Below, one piece after another: positions 62,701 through 64,000 of a stretch of 64,000 bases of DNA. The stretch is from Salpingoeca rosetta. Its lineage: Eukaryota > Protista > Choanoflagellata. Each line of letters opens with the position of its first letter. Within the stretch, counting starts at the first letter, position 1. Position numbers and translations under genes: made by a program. The stretch lies in the NCBI GenBank assembly GCA_033442325.1, contig JAWQFM010000018.1, positions 992,675 through 1,056,674 of the forward strand. The letters run 5' to 3'. The notes under the pieces were generated by a model. That model had not been told where the DNA came from and ran no database searches. It was given only the letters and a program-made list of their open reading frames with translations.

Positions 62701-64000
62701 CCAGAAGTTGCAAACACACGCACAACAGCACATGACTCCACCTGTTTTGGGGTGGTAGAGTATTTTATGTGCATATATGTCTCCATGTGCGACCTGATGC
62801 GAGTGCACATGCACCAGTGCATCGGCAAGCGCTGTTCAGAGCAGGAGGGAGGTCAGAGATGGTGTGCACATGTACAGAAGATCCGCCCTGCTATGAACTT
62901 GCACGTGGACAACAAAAGTCCCCTAGACAGAAACACGCACGCTACGTCACACCACCCGTGTACGTTCATGTTCGGGGGGGGTTTGTTGTGGAGGTAGCTC
63001 TCGCTGTGCATGTGGTTGTCGACGCAGAGTCGGCCATGCATGTGGCGGTGAATGTGGACGCTGAAGTAGAGGTCGAAGTGGAAGTAGACGTGGAAGTAGA
63101 GGTGGACGTGGACGTACAAGTAGACGTCGAAGTAGATGTAGAGGTGGAGGTGGACGTGGACGTGGACGGGATGTCGACGTGAACGTCACAAAGCCTGAAC
63201 CGGAGCTGGAAGAGGTTGAGGTGCTAGTGCTTGTGGACGTACTCGTGGACGTACTTGTCGAAGTGGATGTCGAAGTGGATGTGGACGTGGAGGTTGAGGT
63301 TGAGGTGGAGGTGGATGTGGAAGTAGAGGTGGAGGTAGACGTGGAAGTAGACGTGGAAGTACTCGTGGAGGTGGAGGTGGAGGTTGAGGTTGAGGTGGAA
63401 GTGGAAGTAGATGTGGAGGTAGATGTGGACGTGGAGGTGGACGTGGAAGTACTCGTGGACGTAGACGTAGAGGTGGAGGTAGATGTGGACGTAGAGGTGG
63501 AGGTAGATGTGGACGTGGACGTGGAGGTGGAGGTAGATGTGGACGTCGATGTGGACGTGGAAGTAGAGGTCGAAGTGGAGGTCGACGTGGAAGTAGAGGT
63601 GGACGTGGACGTAGAAGTAGAAGTAGAAGTAGAGGTAGAGGTGGAGGTGGACGTGGACGTGGACGTGGATGTCGACGTGAACGTCCCAAAGCCTGAACCG
63701 GAGCTGGAAGAGGTTGAGGTCCTAGTGCTTGTGGACGTACCTGTGGACGTACTTGTCGAAGTGGATGTCGAAGTGGATGTTGACGTGGAGGTTGAGGTTG
63801 AGGTGGAGGTGGATGTGGAAGTAGAGGTGGAGGTAGATGTGGAAGTAGACGTGGAAGTACTCGTGGAGGTGGAGTGGAGCTTGCGTGTGAGCGTAATGCG
63901 TGGTAGAATGGAGGGCGTTGTCTTGGGTGAGGTTGAGGGTCAGGGCGAGGGTCAGGGGGACGCGCGCTTCAGTGAGATGCGAGCGTCGTCTAGAGGTAGA
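59753..64000 (-). CDS. Second C-type lectin/mucin gene, 3' part: very long (Ser-Thr)n tract followed by two CTLDs; interrupted by an assembly gap
   Basis: CTLD exons at approx. 60786-60331 (CQLRGGHLATI..VWLGA..WAENEP..YLCER) and 60129-59753 (CATFSGALA..VWLGG..WGVGEP..LCE). The ST-repeat frame runs from 60901 upward. Continuity across the gap is assumed. Confidence 0.72.
62514..62613. other. Assembly gap (100 N) flanked by degraded sequence
   Basis: Run of N. The ST repeat decays on both sides (approx. 62150-62510 and 62614-63050). Confidence 0.98.

Noticed and set aside
62614-63050. Apparently unique sequence and ORFs next to the N gap, and similarly at 63870-64000
   Set aside because: It grades into the ST repeat and looks like low-quality read ends rather than biology.

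Overview
This is eukaryotic, intron-rich, gene-dense DNA. The (GT)n/(CA)n-filled introns and the gene set suggest a choanoflagellate such as Salpingoeca rosetta (inference only). I reconstructed 16 protein genes by splicing by eye: GPANK1-like (5' part), CLYBL, ALKBH1, a single-TM KDEL protein, a secreted 7-blade beta-propeller, a PAN/Apple-GH3 beta-xylosidase missing its catalytic middle, a mitochondrial GloC/YcbL-type MBL hydrolase, a 60-aa KKxx membrane peptide, NUBPL, a Tyr-motif/SH2 adaptor, TBCK, a Sel1-repeat protein, RTF2, a PH-DUF4062-NACHT-WD40 STAND protein, DBT and a secreted CBM-like/C-type lectin mucin. The window also holds the 3' part of a second C-type lectin mucin and one tRNA-Val(AAC). 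The most notable points are a compositionally foreign, hairpin-rich ~500-bp block in a lectin intron (structured RNA/insertion or assembly artefact), a 7-nt microexon, introns bracketed by complementary repeats, six very tight head-to-head gene pairs, and unusual domain architectures. Most ORFs in the supplied track are microsatellite or antisense artefacts. I found no CRISPR array or autonomous transposon, and I cannot establish a wholly new multi-gene system from sequence alone.
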